The translations under genes were made by a program, and so were the position numbers. 64,000 nucleotides of DNA from an uncultured delta proteobacterium (GTDB lineage Bacteria; Desulfobacterota; Desulfobacteria; Desulfobacterales; JAFDCJ01), in the NCBI GenBank assembly GCA_963769935.1, contig CAVYNY010000009.1:224001-288000 (forward strand). The letters run 5' to 3'. The notes beneath the pieces were generated by a model. The model did no database searches. It was not told the origin of the DNA and worked only from the letters and a program-made list of their open reading frames with translations. How positions within the stretch are numbered: position 1 is the stretch's first letter; the number at the start of each line of letters is the position of its first letter. Shown piece after piece: positions 39,461-49,844 of this stretch.

Positions 39461-41008
39461 ATGACGGACTGGTTTATCATAAAATGGCTTTTTGCGTTTT
39501 CGCCTATTGCAGTGGTGCTGGTGCTGATGATCTTCTTCAACTGGAGCGGCAGCCGGGCCGGCGCCGCCGCCTGGCTGACGGCCCTGGTCGCAGCCGTTGC
39601 TTTTTTCGGCGCCCATCCCGCGTTGCTGGCCTATTCACAGATGAAAGGCGTATTGCTGTCTTTAAATGTGCTTTATATCATCTGGACGGCGCTTCTGCTT
39701 TATAACGTGGTCAAGGAAACCGGCGCCATCGAGGCCATCGGCATCGGCATTCAGCGTTTCAGCGGCGACAAATCCATCCAGCTGCTGATCTTCGGCTGGA
39801 TCTTCAGCTCCTTCCTGCAGGGCGTGGCCGGGTACGGCGTTCCGATTGCCGTGGTAGCGCCCTTATTGATCGGCCTCGGTTTTTCACCGGTGGTGGCGGT
39901 GGCCGTGCCGGCTATCGGCCACAGCTGGTCCGTCACTTTCGGCTCCATGGGGGCCTCCTTTCAGGCCATGATGGCCGTTACCGGCCTCAGCTCGGAATTT
40001 CTCGGCCCCTGGGCCGCCATCCTGCTGGGGGCCGCGGCTTATCTTTGCGGCATCTGTGCCATCCATGTTTTCGGCGGCTGGAAAATGTTAAAGCACAGCG
40101 CCGTTGCGCTGCTGGTAATCGGCACGGCCATGGCCGGCGCCCAGTATTTTCTGGTGGTTGCGGGAATGTGGACCCTGGGCGGACTCGGCGCCAGTCTGGT
40201 GGGATTGATTGCCTGCCTGGCCGTGGCACGCCTGAAAATTTACAACCGGAGCCAACCCTCCGACGCAAAAAACGAAATGGGCCTGGGCTGGGCGCTTTCA
40301 GCCTATTTGATTTTAATTGTCATCGTGTTTATGGGCGTTATGTTCGCGCCTTTGCGGCAGTTTCTGGGACAGGTAAAACTGTCGCTGGCCTTTCCGGAAA
40401 TAACTTCCCGTACCGGTTGGGTCGTGCCGGCCGGACACGGCAAAGCAATCAACATTTTCGGCCACGGCGGTGCACTTCTGGGGTACGCGTCGATCATCAG
40501 TTATCTGGTGTATGCCGCCCGGGGCTACTACAGCAAAGGCGCGCTGCGGCGGATCATTTCCAACTCCATAAAAAGCGGGGTACCCACCAGCCTGGGAATC
40601 GTCAGCATGGTCTGTTTTGCCATGATAATGGATCACTGCGGCATGATCTATCTTCTGGCCGAAGGCATCAGCCGTGTTTTCGGCAGCCTCTACCCTTTTT
40701 TTTCCACCTGGATCGGCCTGCTGGGCGCCTTCATGACCGGCAGCAATACCAACTCCAATGTGGTTTTCGGCGTCCTGCAGAAACAGACCGCCGAGCTGGC
40801 CGGGTTGAGCACCGCCCTTATTCTGGCGGCCCAGACAACCGGCGGCGCCCTGGGCAGCATGATTGCTCCGGCCAAGATCCTGGTCGGCTGCTCCACCGTG
40901 GGCTTAGCGGGCAAGGAAGGGCCGGTTCTGCAGGCCACGATTCGCTATGGCCTGCTGATCACAGCCCTGATCGGACTTATTACGATGCTGGCAGCGGTAT
41001 TTATATAA
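39461..41008 (+). CDS. lctP: L-lactate permease family transporter
   Basis: Highly hydrophobic; FLQGVAGYGVPIAV, VTFGSMG, IGLLGAFMTGSNTNSNVVFG and AAQTTGGALGSMIAPAK motifs. Confidence 0.92.
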   Translation: MTDWFIIKWLFAFSPIAVVLVLMIFFNWSGSRAGAAAWLTALVAAVAFFGAHPALLAYSQMKGVLLSLNVLYIIWTALLLYNVVKETGAIEAIGIGIQRFSGDKSIQLLIFGWIFSSFLQGVAGYGVPIAVVAPLLIGLGFSPVVAVAVPAIGHSWSVTFGSMGASFQAMMAVTGLSSEFLGPWAAILLGAAAYLCGICAIHVFGGWKMLKHSAVALLVIGTAMAGAQYFLVVAGMWTLGGLGASLVGLIACLAVARLKIYNRSQPSDAKNEMGLGWALSAYLILIVIVFMGVMFAPLRQFLGQVKLSLAFPEITSRTGWVVPAGHGKAINIFGHGGALLGYASIISYLVYAARGYYSKGALRRIISNSIKSGVPTSLGIVSMVCFAMIMDHCGMIYLLAEGISRVFGSLYPFFSTWIGLLGAFMTGSNTNSNVVFGVLQKQTAELAGLSTALILAAQTTGGALGSMIAPAKILVGCSTVGLAGKEGPVLQATIRYGLLITALIGLITMLAAVFI

Positions 41009-41189
41009 AGGGTTGAGGGTTGAGGTTATAATGGGTATTAGTTATTCGTTTAAGGCAAAAGGCTAAAGGAAAAAGGTGAAAGGACAAATGCTAAAGGATG
41101 GAAGGTTCATATGAGGGTTGATCGTAAAACTCTGACCCATTGAACCTTTGAACCCTGAACGCTGAGCCCTTAACCTTAGAGAGCTGACA

Positions 41190-41360
41190 ATGTTCAATTT
41201 TTTAAAAAAGCATGTACCCAATCGGCCGAACGTTCTTCTAATTCTGATGCTGGTCGTCCCCTTTGTGCTCTATTATTTTGCCCGCAGCGGTTCAACGGGC
41301 GGTGTTATCTTTTTTCTCGCGATGATGGTGGGGATTATGCTGGTCGCAATGAAATCATGA
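41190..41360 (+). CDS. Small two-TM membrane protein (56 aa), below the ORF-track cutoff
   Basis: MFNFLKKHVPNRPNVLLILMLVVPFVLYYFARSGSTGGVIFFLAMMVGIMLVAMKS*; two clean hydrophobic segments. Confidence 0.6.
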   Translation: MFNFLKKHVPNRPNVLLILMLVVPFVLYYFARSGSTGGVIFFLAMMVGIMLVAMKS

Positions 41361-41579
41361 CGGAATAGAGTACCGAACAAGCCGGTTGGAGCGAAGCGTC
41401 AATCCCGATTTAGCGGGAAATCAAAAAGGACAAATTAATCAAAATTAAAACTAATCAAGTTTGGATCATTGAATATTGGAATTTGAGATTTATTTGATAT
41501 TTGGTGCTTGAAATTTGAGTTTTTTTATTCGACGAATCAACTACAACTATGTATCCTGTCCGACCTCTTTAACTTACTT

Positions 41580-42974
41580 CTAAGAGGCTACACCAGGCTC
41601 AATCACCCGCATGGTTTTCCATTTGCCCTGATAGAATCGCCAGAAGGTTAAAGCGGCCAGCTGGCAAAGAAAAAAAACGGTGCAGCCCCAGGCATAGTAC
41701 AACCCCATCCCGAAAATCTCAATGCCGATATAAATCGGCAGCATCATGCCGAAGAAGGAGATCAATCCCATGCTCCACATGATAAATCGGGTATCGCCGG
41801 CGCCTTTCAGCACCGCCGTGCTGATCATATATAACCCATCCAGCAGCAAATAAGCCGCCACAAATCGCAGAACCACGATTCCCATGCTCTTGATGGCGGC
41901 AAAGTCTGCCGGGCTGATGTCCCGGGGTCGGAATAGATCCAGCAGGGGTTGCGGCATGAACACATACAGCAAAATGAATACGGAAATATACGATGCCACG
42001 ATGACCATGGTGGCCCGGGCGGCTGCAACCGCCTCCTGCGGGCGGTTGCGGCCTAGAGCCTGCCCCACCAGGGTGCTGGCGCCGAGGGCAAAGCCGATTA
42101 GAGGCCGAAAAGACACGGAATCCAGGGCAATGCCGATATTGGTAACCGCCAGCTCGGCTTTGCCGATGCGTCCCACCATGAGAATGAAAAACATGAAGGC
42201 CAACACATCCAGACTGAACTGAAGCGAGCTGGGCACGCCGTACCGCAGCAGGCGCCGGAAAAGATCGGCATCAAAATGACGGTTTTTGAAAATCTTGAAA
42301 ATCTGATCGTTTTCCCGGGTGAACACGAAAAAGCCGAGCAGCAGCGTGGCGCTGGCCCAGGAAAACACCGTCGCGATGGCGGCCCCCAGCATGCCCAGTT
42401 CGGGGAATATCCAGATCCCGTTGATCAAGGCATAGTCCAGAGGAACATTCAGAAACATGGCGATGATATAAATGATCATCACCGGTCGGGTGACGCCGCG
42501 GCCGGTAAAAAAACTGGCAAAGCTCATCCCGATGATATGGATGCCCGAGCCCAGGCAAAGAACCCTGAAATAGGTCACCTCCAGCTGCTGCACTTCAGCC
42601 GCATGCCCGACCAGGCGAAACAACGGACCGGCCCGCAAAAGAAAGTACCCACCATGATCAGCCAGGCTGCAAAAGCAAAATAGATGGCCTGCCACAAAGC
42701 GCTGCCCACACGCTGCAAGAGCGCCGGCGCCGGTGTACTGGGCGACAAAGACATTGCAGTATCCGGCCGTGTCGGCAAAAAAAGAAAGAAACACAAAGGC
42801 GATAATACCCGCCGGCAGTGCGGCGGCAATGGCATCGATGGAGTAATTGGCCAGAAACACCCGATCGGTAAACGTCATCACCACGGTGGTGGTCATGCTG
42901 ATCACCAGCGGCATGCTGACCCGCAGCACGTCGCGGTAGCTGTTGGCTGGGCTTGCGGCAGCCGATTTGGGCAT
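41580..42974 (-). CDS. MATE-family efflux transporter (locally out of frame at ~42720-42630)
   Basis: TDRVFL, VAQYTGAG, LNVPLDYALINGIWIFPELGMLGAAIAT and LKGAGDT motifs; the expected TM (QRVGSALWQAIYFAFAAWLIMVG) lies in another frame. Confidence 0.9.
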   Translation of the reverse strand: MPKSAAASPANSYRDVLRVSMPLVISMTTTVVMTFTDRVFLANYSIDAIAAALPAGIIAFVFLSFFADTAGYCNVFVAQYTGAGALAACGQRFVAGHLFCFCSLADHGGYFLLRAGPLFRLVGHAAEVQQLEVTYFRVLCLGSGIHIIGMSFASFFTGRGVTRPVMIIYIIAMFLNVPLDYALINGIWIFPELGMLGAAIATVFSWASATLLLGFFVFTRENDQIFKIFKNRHFDADLFRRLLRYGVPSSLQFSLDVLAFMFFILMVGRIGKAELAVTNIGIALDSVSFRPLIGFALGASTLVGQALGRNRPQEAVAAARATMVIVASYISVFILLYVFMPQPLLDLFRPRDISPADFAAIKSMGIVVLRFVAAYLLLDGLYMISTAVLKGAGDTRFIMWSMGLISFFGMMLPIYIGIEIFGMGLYYAWGCTVFFLCQLAALTFWRFYQGKWKTMRVIEPGVAS

Positions 42975-43167
42975 AATTCTACCTTGACGTTGCATAAAGC
43001 AGCATAGTTATTTAAGAGTGGGGGGAAAGTCGCAATCCCGCGCGGTGTCCCTTTAAGTCTGCACTTTTAGCATACGGCATACTATTGTAAAGAAATTAAT
43101 ACTGGGAAAAGAATACTGGAAGATGTGAATGCGAATACGTGACGGTCTCAACTGCTGAGCGTACCAT

Positions 43168-43204
43168 AAAAAAACCCCGTCCATATAATATTCAGACGGG
43201 GTTT
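43168..43204 (-). terminator. Rho-independent terminator after metF
   Basis: AAACCCCGTC / GACGGGGTTT stem with a T-run on the minus strand. Confidence 0.75.
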
Positions 43205-43324
43205 GATTTATACAGGGCCACTTATAATAAATTTAATATCGTGAAAATTCGGGTTAATTCGTGGCTTTTATCAAACAGCTAAATTGTTACCAAATAACTA
43301 ATAACAATTATCCAAGCCGCCGGC

Positions 43325-44251
43325 TCATTCCACCTTGGGTCGCGGCAGTACCTGGGCGAGCTCGGCAATTTCCGGTACCCGGTGCTCCCACTCGATGGCC
43401 ATCAGATGTACACCGGCGATGCCCTTCATTTCTTTGAACTCTTCGATCTGCTCACAGGCGATTTTGATGCCTTCGTCGGCAGCCTTGCCTTTGCCGGCGG
43501 CCTGCAGCCTTTTAATGATGGCTTCGGGTACGTCCATGCCGGGAACCTTGGATTGCATGTATCTGGCCATGCCGACGCTTTTCATCGGTGTCACACCGGC
43601 CAGGATATAAATTTTTTCGGTCAGTCCCATGTCGTTGGCTTGCTTGACCCATTCCCGGAATTTTTCCATGTTGTAGATGCACTGGGTCTGGATAAAATCC
43701 GTTCCGGCCTCGACTTTTTTTGCCAGGCGATGCACGCGCCAGCGAAAGGGCTCGGCAAAAGGATTGGCGGCCGCCCCGATAAAAATTTTAGGGGGTTCGA
43801 CAATGTCTTCGCCGCTCAAAAACTTGCCCTCATCCCGCATGCGCTTGACCATCTGGATCAACTGCATGGAATCAAGGTCAAAGACGCTTTTGGCGGTCGG
43901 ATGATCCCCAAACTGCTGGTGGTCGCCTGAAAGACACAGCATGTTGCGGATACCATGGGCATAGGCCCCCAGGATATCACTTTGCATGGCCAAACGGTTG
44001 CGATCCCGGCACACCATCTGGTAGTTGGGCTCCAGGCCTTCCTGCACCAGGATAAGTGAAGCCGCCCAGCTTGACATGCGCACGACGGAAGTCTGGTTAT
44101 CTGTGATGTTGACCGAATCCACGTTTCCCTTTAAATAGGAAGCCTTTTTCCGAACCTCGTCCGCGCTGGTTCCGCGCGGCGGTCCTAATTCACCGGTAAA
44201 TGCAAAATGTCCCGCATTTAAGACCTTTTCCAGATTACTGCCTGATTTCAT
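43325..44251 (-). CDS. metF: Methylenetetrahydrofolate reductase (MetF, acetogen-type), copy 1
   Basis: TGELGPPRG, NITDNQ, CRDRNRLAMQSDILGA, LCLSGDH and KKVEAGTDFIQTQ motifs. Confidence 0.95.
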   Translation of the reverse strand: MKSGSNLEKVLNAGHFAFTGELGPPRGTSADEVRKKASYLKGNVDSVNITDNQTSVVRMSSWAASLILVQEGLEPNYQMVCRDRNRLAMQSDILGAYAHGIRNMLCLSGDHQQFGDHPTAKSVFDLDSMQLIQMVKRMRDEGKFLSGEDIVEPPKIFIGAAANPFAEPFRWRVHRLAKKVEAGTDFIQTQCIYNMEKFREWVKQANDMGLTEKIYILAGVTPMKSVGMARYMQSKVPGMDVPEAIIKRLQAAGKGKAADEGIKIACEQIEEFKEMKGIAGVHLMAIEWEHRVPEIAELAQVLPRPKVE

Positions 44252-44279
44252 CTCGGTTTCCTTTGCCCTCGTTGATATC

Positions 44280-44961
44280 TTATTTTGCGGCCGCCTTTTC
44301 CGGTTTCTTATAGCCGGGTTGAATCAAGGTGCGCGGCACCTGATTTTGCCAATCAACCGCCGGAGTAATTTTTAAAATACAGTCCAGCCGGCCCTGCCTT
44401 TCCAGACGCTCATAGATCATATACCAGGCGCAAGGCTGATCCGGGTTGATTTCACAGCTGCCCTGGTTGGTTCCGCCGCACGGTCCGTTGTAGAGGCCCT
44501 TGGCGCACATGGTGACCGGACAGATCCCGGCGGTCTGCCCCAACACGCAACTGCTGCAGGAGCGGCACCTTTCTTCATACCACCCCACTGCCTGGTTGAC
44601 CGCCAGACCGCAGGTGTCGACGGCGGGATAAACCGGAACATCCGGGAATCTCTCCGCCAGAAACTGAATACCGACGCCGCAGGCCATCGAGATGACGGCT
44701 TCATAGTCTTTGACCAGATCATCCAGCTCGGCCAGATATTCGCGGTCGCACTGTCTTTCAACCGTTTTGGCGCCGACCTCGATGGGGTTGTCTTTCAGCC
44801 TGCGGGCCATATCCAATTCGGCATTCAAGACATCGACTTCTTTCTCGCCGCCTGCCAGGCAGACGGCGACACAGGTTCCGCATCCGACGGTCAGAACCTT
44901 CTTGTAGGGCGTTAAGCAGACCCATTATCTCTTCAAAAGGTTTTCTTTTGGCAACTATCAT
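44280..44961 (-). CDS. metV: MetV (MTHFR Fe-S/Zn subunit), +1 insertion at ~44908
   Basis: MIVAKRKPFEEI..., then shifted YKKVLTVGCGTCVAVCLAGGEKEV, ERQCD, MACGVG, CRSCSSC...CPVTMCAKGLYNGPCGG...CAW; span is 3n+1. Confidence 0.9.
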
Positions 44962-45040
44962 AGTATCCTCCTGTTGTACCGAACGCTTTGCGTCCGGTCG
45001 AGCACTGCGCATCGTCGCACGACCAAGCCCGGGCGAGTTA

Positions 45041-46360
45041 CTACATGGCCATTTCGGGATGAAAGACCAAGACGTCTTTAAGATCGTCTCCCAGATAGGT
45101 CCTTTCGTTCGGTCCCAGTATTCCCATTGAGAGGCAGAGGAGGGTCCAGATGTGGACCACTGAATAACCTCCGCCGAAATGCTCGCTGAGCTCATGAATC
45201 TGAGCGTGGCAGTTATGGCAGCCGGCAACGCAGTAGCCCGCGCCGGTTTTCTGGATCTGCTCATCCTTGAGCCGGCCGAATTGCAGACGCTGCTCTTTGA
45301 AACCGGCCTGGAGGAATCCGCCGCCGCCGCCGCAACAATAATTGTTGGACCTGTTGGGCTCCATATCGATAAAATTTTCTTCGCCTACAATGGATTTGAT
45401 CACAAATCGCAAATCCTCGGCAATCGGGTCCCCATAGGTCTTGCGCACGATCTGACAAGGGTCCTGAACCGTAAATTTGACCTTCAAATCCTTGTTCCAG
45501 TCGGAATTGACCTTCAGCTTGCCCTCGCGAATCCATTTGGCATAGTATTCATAGATGTTCTTGACGACAAAGTTATGCTCGATGTTGAATTTTTTCAGTC
45601 CTGCCAGGACTGAGAAGGTGACGTGCCCTCACTCGGTGTTGAGATAGACCTTGCAGCCGAGATCATCGGCCTGTTTGGCCGTGGTGCGGGTGATGTGCTC
45701 CCAGGCCTCATTGTCGGAAAGAAACATGCAGTAGTTCTCGCCGCCCCATCCTTTGCTGCCGTATGTCCAGTCGACCCCGGCCGCATGCAGGATCTTCCAG
45801 AGCGGAACCATTTCATCGGGTTCGGTGACCGGCTCCCTGGAATTCTGGTTCAAAAAGAATTCAGCGCCCTGCTTATCGATGGGAGCCTCCATGTCTTTAA
45901 ACTCGGGCTGGGCCTCGCGGTATTCCTCCAGAACGTCTTCCACCACGAATTGAAAATCCTCCGGGCTCGCTCCCATGGCGCTGCAGCTGTCATTTTTCAG
46001 CGCCATGTCGCAGGAGCCCAGGATGCCCTTGGGACGCTCCTCCCGGGGGCGCATGCCGCGGACATTGTAAACCAGCTGCGGTATATCAATTTTCATGGGA
46101 CAAACATAAATGCAGCGCTGGCACATGGTGCACATCCAGGGCCAGTCCGACTTCAGAATTTCCTCGTCCATCCCGAGCGCCGCCATGCGCAGGAATTTGC
46201 GGGGGTCCAGCCCTTCCAGACCCGTCGCCGGGCAGCCGGAAGAACAAGCCCCGCAGGTGAGGCACAAGTTCAGATTGCCGCCGTCGGGCAGCACCTTTTT
46301 GACCGCATCCAATAATGTGCTTTTTTTCTTGGCTCCCAGCACTAGGATATCCTCTTTCAT
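45041..46360 (-). CDS. HdrD-like Fe-S/CCG-domain oxidoreductase, predicted selenoprotein (Sec244), 439 aa
   Basis: Two CxxCxxCxxxCP motifs; in-frame TGA at 45631-45629 in YLNTE-U-GH; frame continues without stops into QDPC, CCGGGGG and GCHNC. Confidence 0.9.
45595..45613 (-). promoter_or_regulatory. SECIS-like hairpin (HdrD-like gene)
   Basis: UCAGUCCU-GGC-AGGACUGA perfect 8-bp stem starting at +16 after the UGA. Confidence 0.85.
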
Positions 46361-46806
46361 AATTCTTTTCCTCTTTTATCCGTTTTGGGTATTTTTCTAT
46401 GGTTTAAAGGGTTCGGTCCCAGGGACCGGATCAGATCCGCCATCTCTTTGGCATAGGCTGCAAAAGTAGGGCCTTCCCCGGATGATAGATTGTACATCCG
46501 GACCCGCTCGCCTTCCAGACCGATTTCTTCGAGCAGCATCTTTACGTGCGCCACCCGCTCCCTGGCTCTAAAATTGCCTTCATTATAATGACAGGTGCCT
46601 TCCAGACACCCGACCACATACACACCGTCGGCACCCTGCTGGATGGCCCGCAGCAAGTGCCTCACATCCACTTTCCCGGTACACGGGATTCTGATAATTT
46701 TTACGTTCGAAGGGTATTGAAGTCGCATGGAACCTGCCAGGTCCGCGGCTGAATACCCTCAATAATCACAGCAAAAAGCTATGATGTTGGGTTCAAATTC
46801 GGTCAT
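46357..46806 (-). CDS. mvhD: MvhD/FrhD-family [2Fe-2S] subunit, predicted selenoprotein (Sec16), 149 aa
   Basis: ATG 46806 after GGAGG: MTEFEPNIIAFCCDY-U-GYSAADLAGSMRLQYP (TGA 46761-46759); then PCTGKVD and GADGVYVVGCLEGTCHY. Confidence 0.93.
46730..46744 (-). promoter_or_regulatory. SECIS-like hairpin (mvhD)
   Basis: GGACCU-GGC-AGGUUC stem starting at +15 after the UGA. Confidence 0.75.
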
Positions 46807-46808
46807 CA

Positions 46809-49800
46809 CTATCCTCCTGCCAGCAAGGCATCAATTTTACACATAATCTGCTCATCTTCGTAAAAACTCAGGCTGATCGCCTCCCGCGGGCAAACGCTGG
46901 CACATATGCCGCAGCCATGGCAAATGGCATCGTCGATTTCAACAACGCCTTCATCGGAATTGAAGGCCGGCACCTGAAAAGGACACGACCTGACACAGGT
47001 CAGACATTTCACGCAGTGTTCCGCATCGACCTTGGCGGTAATGGCCGAAAGCTTGATTTCCGGTTTGGCCAGGAAGGTTGCGGCCCGCGAGGCCGCGGCC
47101 TGGGCCTGGGCGATGGATTCTGAAATCAGCTTGGGGCCGTGGGCGGTGCCGCACAAAAATATACCATCTCCCGGCATGTCAACCGGACGCAGTTTGACAT
47201 GGGCTTCAATGAAAAATCCCTCCGGGTTGCGGTTCAGCTTCATGATGCGGCTCAATTCTTCCGTGTCTTCGGCCACCACGCCGGCGCTCAACGCCAGCAG
47301 ATCGGCCCGGATCGCCAGATTGCGCTGCAGGATGTGATCCTTGACGGACACCGTCAAGCCTTCCGAATCCTCCATGACCTGCGGCGCAGCTTCCGGGGTA
47401 AATCGAATAAAAATAACCCCTAGCTGCCTGGCCTCCTTGTAGTAATCCTCCAGCAGTCCGTAGGTTCGCATATCGCGGTACAGAATATAAATCTGGGCCT
47501 CCGGATTGAGTTTTTTAATCGCCAGGGCGTTTTTGACGGCCGACTGGCAGCAGATGCGCGAACAATTCTCATTTTTTTCGTTGCGCGATCCCACGCACTG
47601 AATCATCACGACGCTGGCCAGATCCCCAGCGCCCTTTTCCGCAAGCCGATCGCTCAATTCCAGCTGGGTGACCACCCGTTCGCTTTCCGCATAAAGATAT
47701 TCCTGGGGCCGGTACTCCCGGGCGCCGGTAGCCACGATAATCACCCCGTGATTGATGCTGATTTCCTTAGCGTCGGCCCCCACGGCCAGATGGGTTGAAA
47801 AATTCCCCTTGTAGCCGCCGAAGGCGGTAATCCCGGCCTCGGTTAAGACTTCAATCTTGGCGTGCGCCTGCACCCCGGCGATGAGTTCCTGCAGATAGGC
47901 ACGGATATCAGCGCCTTCGATGGTGTGATGCAGACGGGCGGCCAGGCCGCCGAGCTGCTTTTCCTTTTCCACCAGCACGACGTCAAAACCCTGATTACCC
48001 AGACCCAGGGCGGCGTTCATCCCCGCGATGCCGCCGCCGATCACCAGCGCCCGCTGTTGCACGGGAATGACCTTCTCCCGGAGCGGCTTCAATGCCGCCG
48101 CGCGGGCCACCGACATCCGCACCAGATCCTTGGCCTTGGTGGTCGCCTCCGGCTTGGTCTGGGAATGAACCCAGGAATCCTGATTGCGGATATTGGCCAT
48201 TTCAAAAAGGTATTTGTTCAACCCGCAGGCTTCCAGGGTTTCCATGAACATCGGTTCATGGGTCTTGGGACTGCAGGAGGCCACGACCACCCGATTCAGC
48301 TGATGCTCCAGGATTTTTTCCTTTATTTTATCCTGGGTATCCTGGCTGCAGGTAAAAAGATTCTCATCCGCATAGACCACATGGGGCAGCCCCTCGGCAT
48401 AAGCCCTGACGGACGGCACATCGACCACCCCGCCGATGTTGATGCCGCAGTTGCAGACAAATACACCGATGCGCGGCGCTTGTTCGGAAACGTCAACTTC
48501 TTCCGGAACCTCAACCTTTTCGGTTTCCGTGCCCCGGGCTGCGGCCAGATGGCCGCCGGCCGCACAGGCGGCGGCACTGGCTTCGGTCACGGCGCCCGGA
48601 ATATCTTTGGGCCCCTGAAATAACCCGCAGGTATAAATGCCGGGACGCGATGTGGACACCGGTGCAAACGGGCGGGTGGCAACAAAATTGTATTTGTTCA
48701 GTTCGATGCCCAGGCGCCGGGCCAGTTCGACCGAACTTTGGGCAATGCCCAACCCTACCGAAAGCACCACCATGCTGAAAGTTTCTTCCGCCTGGCTGCC
48801 GTCCTCATCCACGTACTTGACCAGCAGGTCGCCGGTTTCAGGAATTTCGGAAATGGTATGAATGCGGGATTTGGAGAACCGCACGCCCTCTTTGTCTTTG
48901 GCCCTCAGGTAGTACTTCTCGTAGTCCTTGCCGAAGGTCCGGATATCCATGTTAAAAATAACACAGTCCAGCTCGCCGTGGGCGTGTTCCTTGGCAATCA
49001 TGGCTTCTTTGATCGCATACATGCAGCAGACCGAGGAGCAGTAACCGTTGCCGCAGCGATTGGTATCCCGCGACCCGACACATTGCAGCCAGGCGATTTT
49101 TTTGGGCGCTTCCCGGTCCAGCGGCCGCATCAAATGACCGAAATACGGTCCCGAAGCGCTTAGAATTCTCTCGAATTCCTCGCTGGTGACCACGTTGGCG
49201 TATTTGCCGTAGCCGAGAAAATCAAGGCCGGAAGGATCATAGCCCTCGCTGCCGGCGGATAGAACGACCGAGCCGACCCTGAGGCTGGTTTCGCGTTGGG
49301 TGTCATCGTAGGATACGGCCTTGGCCAGACACATATTTTCACACAGACCGCAGCCGATGCAAATCTCCGGATCAATGGCAAATGCCAGCGGAACGGCCTG
49401 GGGATATTCGATATAGGTCGCCCGCCGGTCATCCAGTCCCTTGTTATAGGAATTGACGGCCGTCACCGGACAGTGCCGCGCGCAATCGCCGCATCCGGTG
49501 CATTTGGCCACATCGATATAGCGGGGATGATTGGTCAGAGTGACCGTGAAATCGCCGGGCTCACCCTCGACGGCGGTTACCTCGCTGTTGGTAATGATTT
49601 CGATATTCAAGTGCCGGCCGACCTCGACCAGTTTGGGCGAGATCACTCACATGGCACAGTCGTTGGTGGGAAACGTCTTGTCCAGCCGCGCCATCATGCC
49701 GCCGATCGTAGGCGACTTTTCGACCAGATACACCTTGTATTCCGAGTTGGCCAGGTCCAGAGCCGCCTGCATGCCGGCGATCCCGGCCCCCACCACCATG

Positions 49801-49835
49801 ACCGAACCGCTTGTTATTCCTTTTTCCGATCCCAT
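46809..49835 (-). CDS. hdrA: Large heterodisulfide reductase subunit A-like flavoprotein, predicted selenoprotein (Sec63), 1008 aa
   Basis: GAGIAG...[25 protein letters not shown] (TGA 49649-49647); ferredoxin motifs, QCVGSR...CSSVCCM, second GGGIAG FAD motif, C-terminal 2x[4Fe-4S]. Confidence 0.95.
49614..49631 (-). promoter_or_regulatory. SECIS-like hairpin (hdrA)
   Basis: CUGGUCG-AGGU-CGGCCGG starting at +16; identical in both hdrA paralogs. Confidence 0.85.
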
Positions 49836-49844
49836 GAACACTCC

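Noticed and set aside
44895..44920. Programmed ribosomal frameshift in metV
   Set aside because: No canonical slippery heptamer, and the same +1 pattern affects unrelated genes, pointing to sequencing error.
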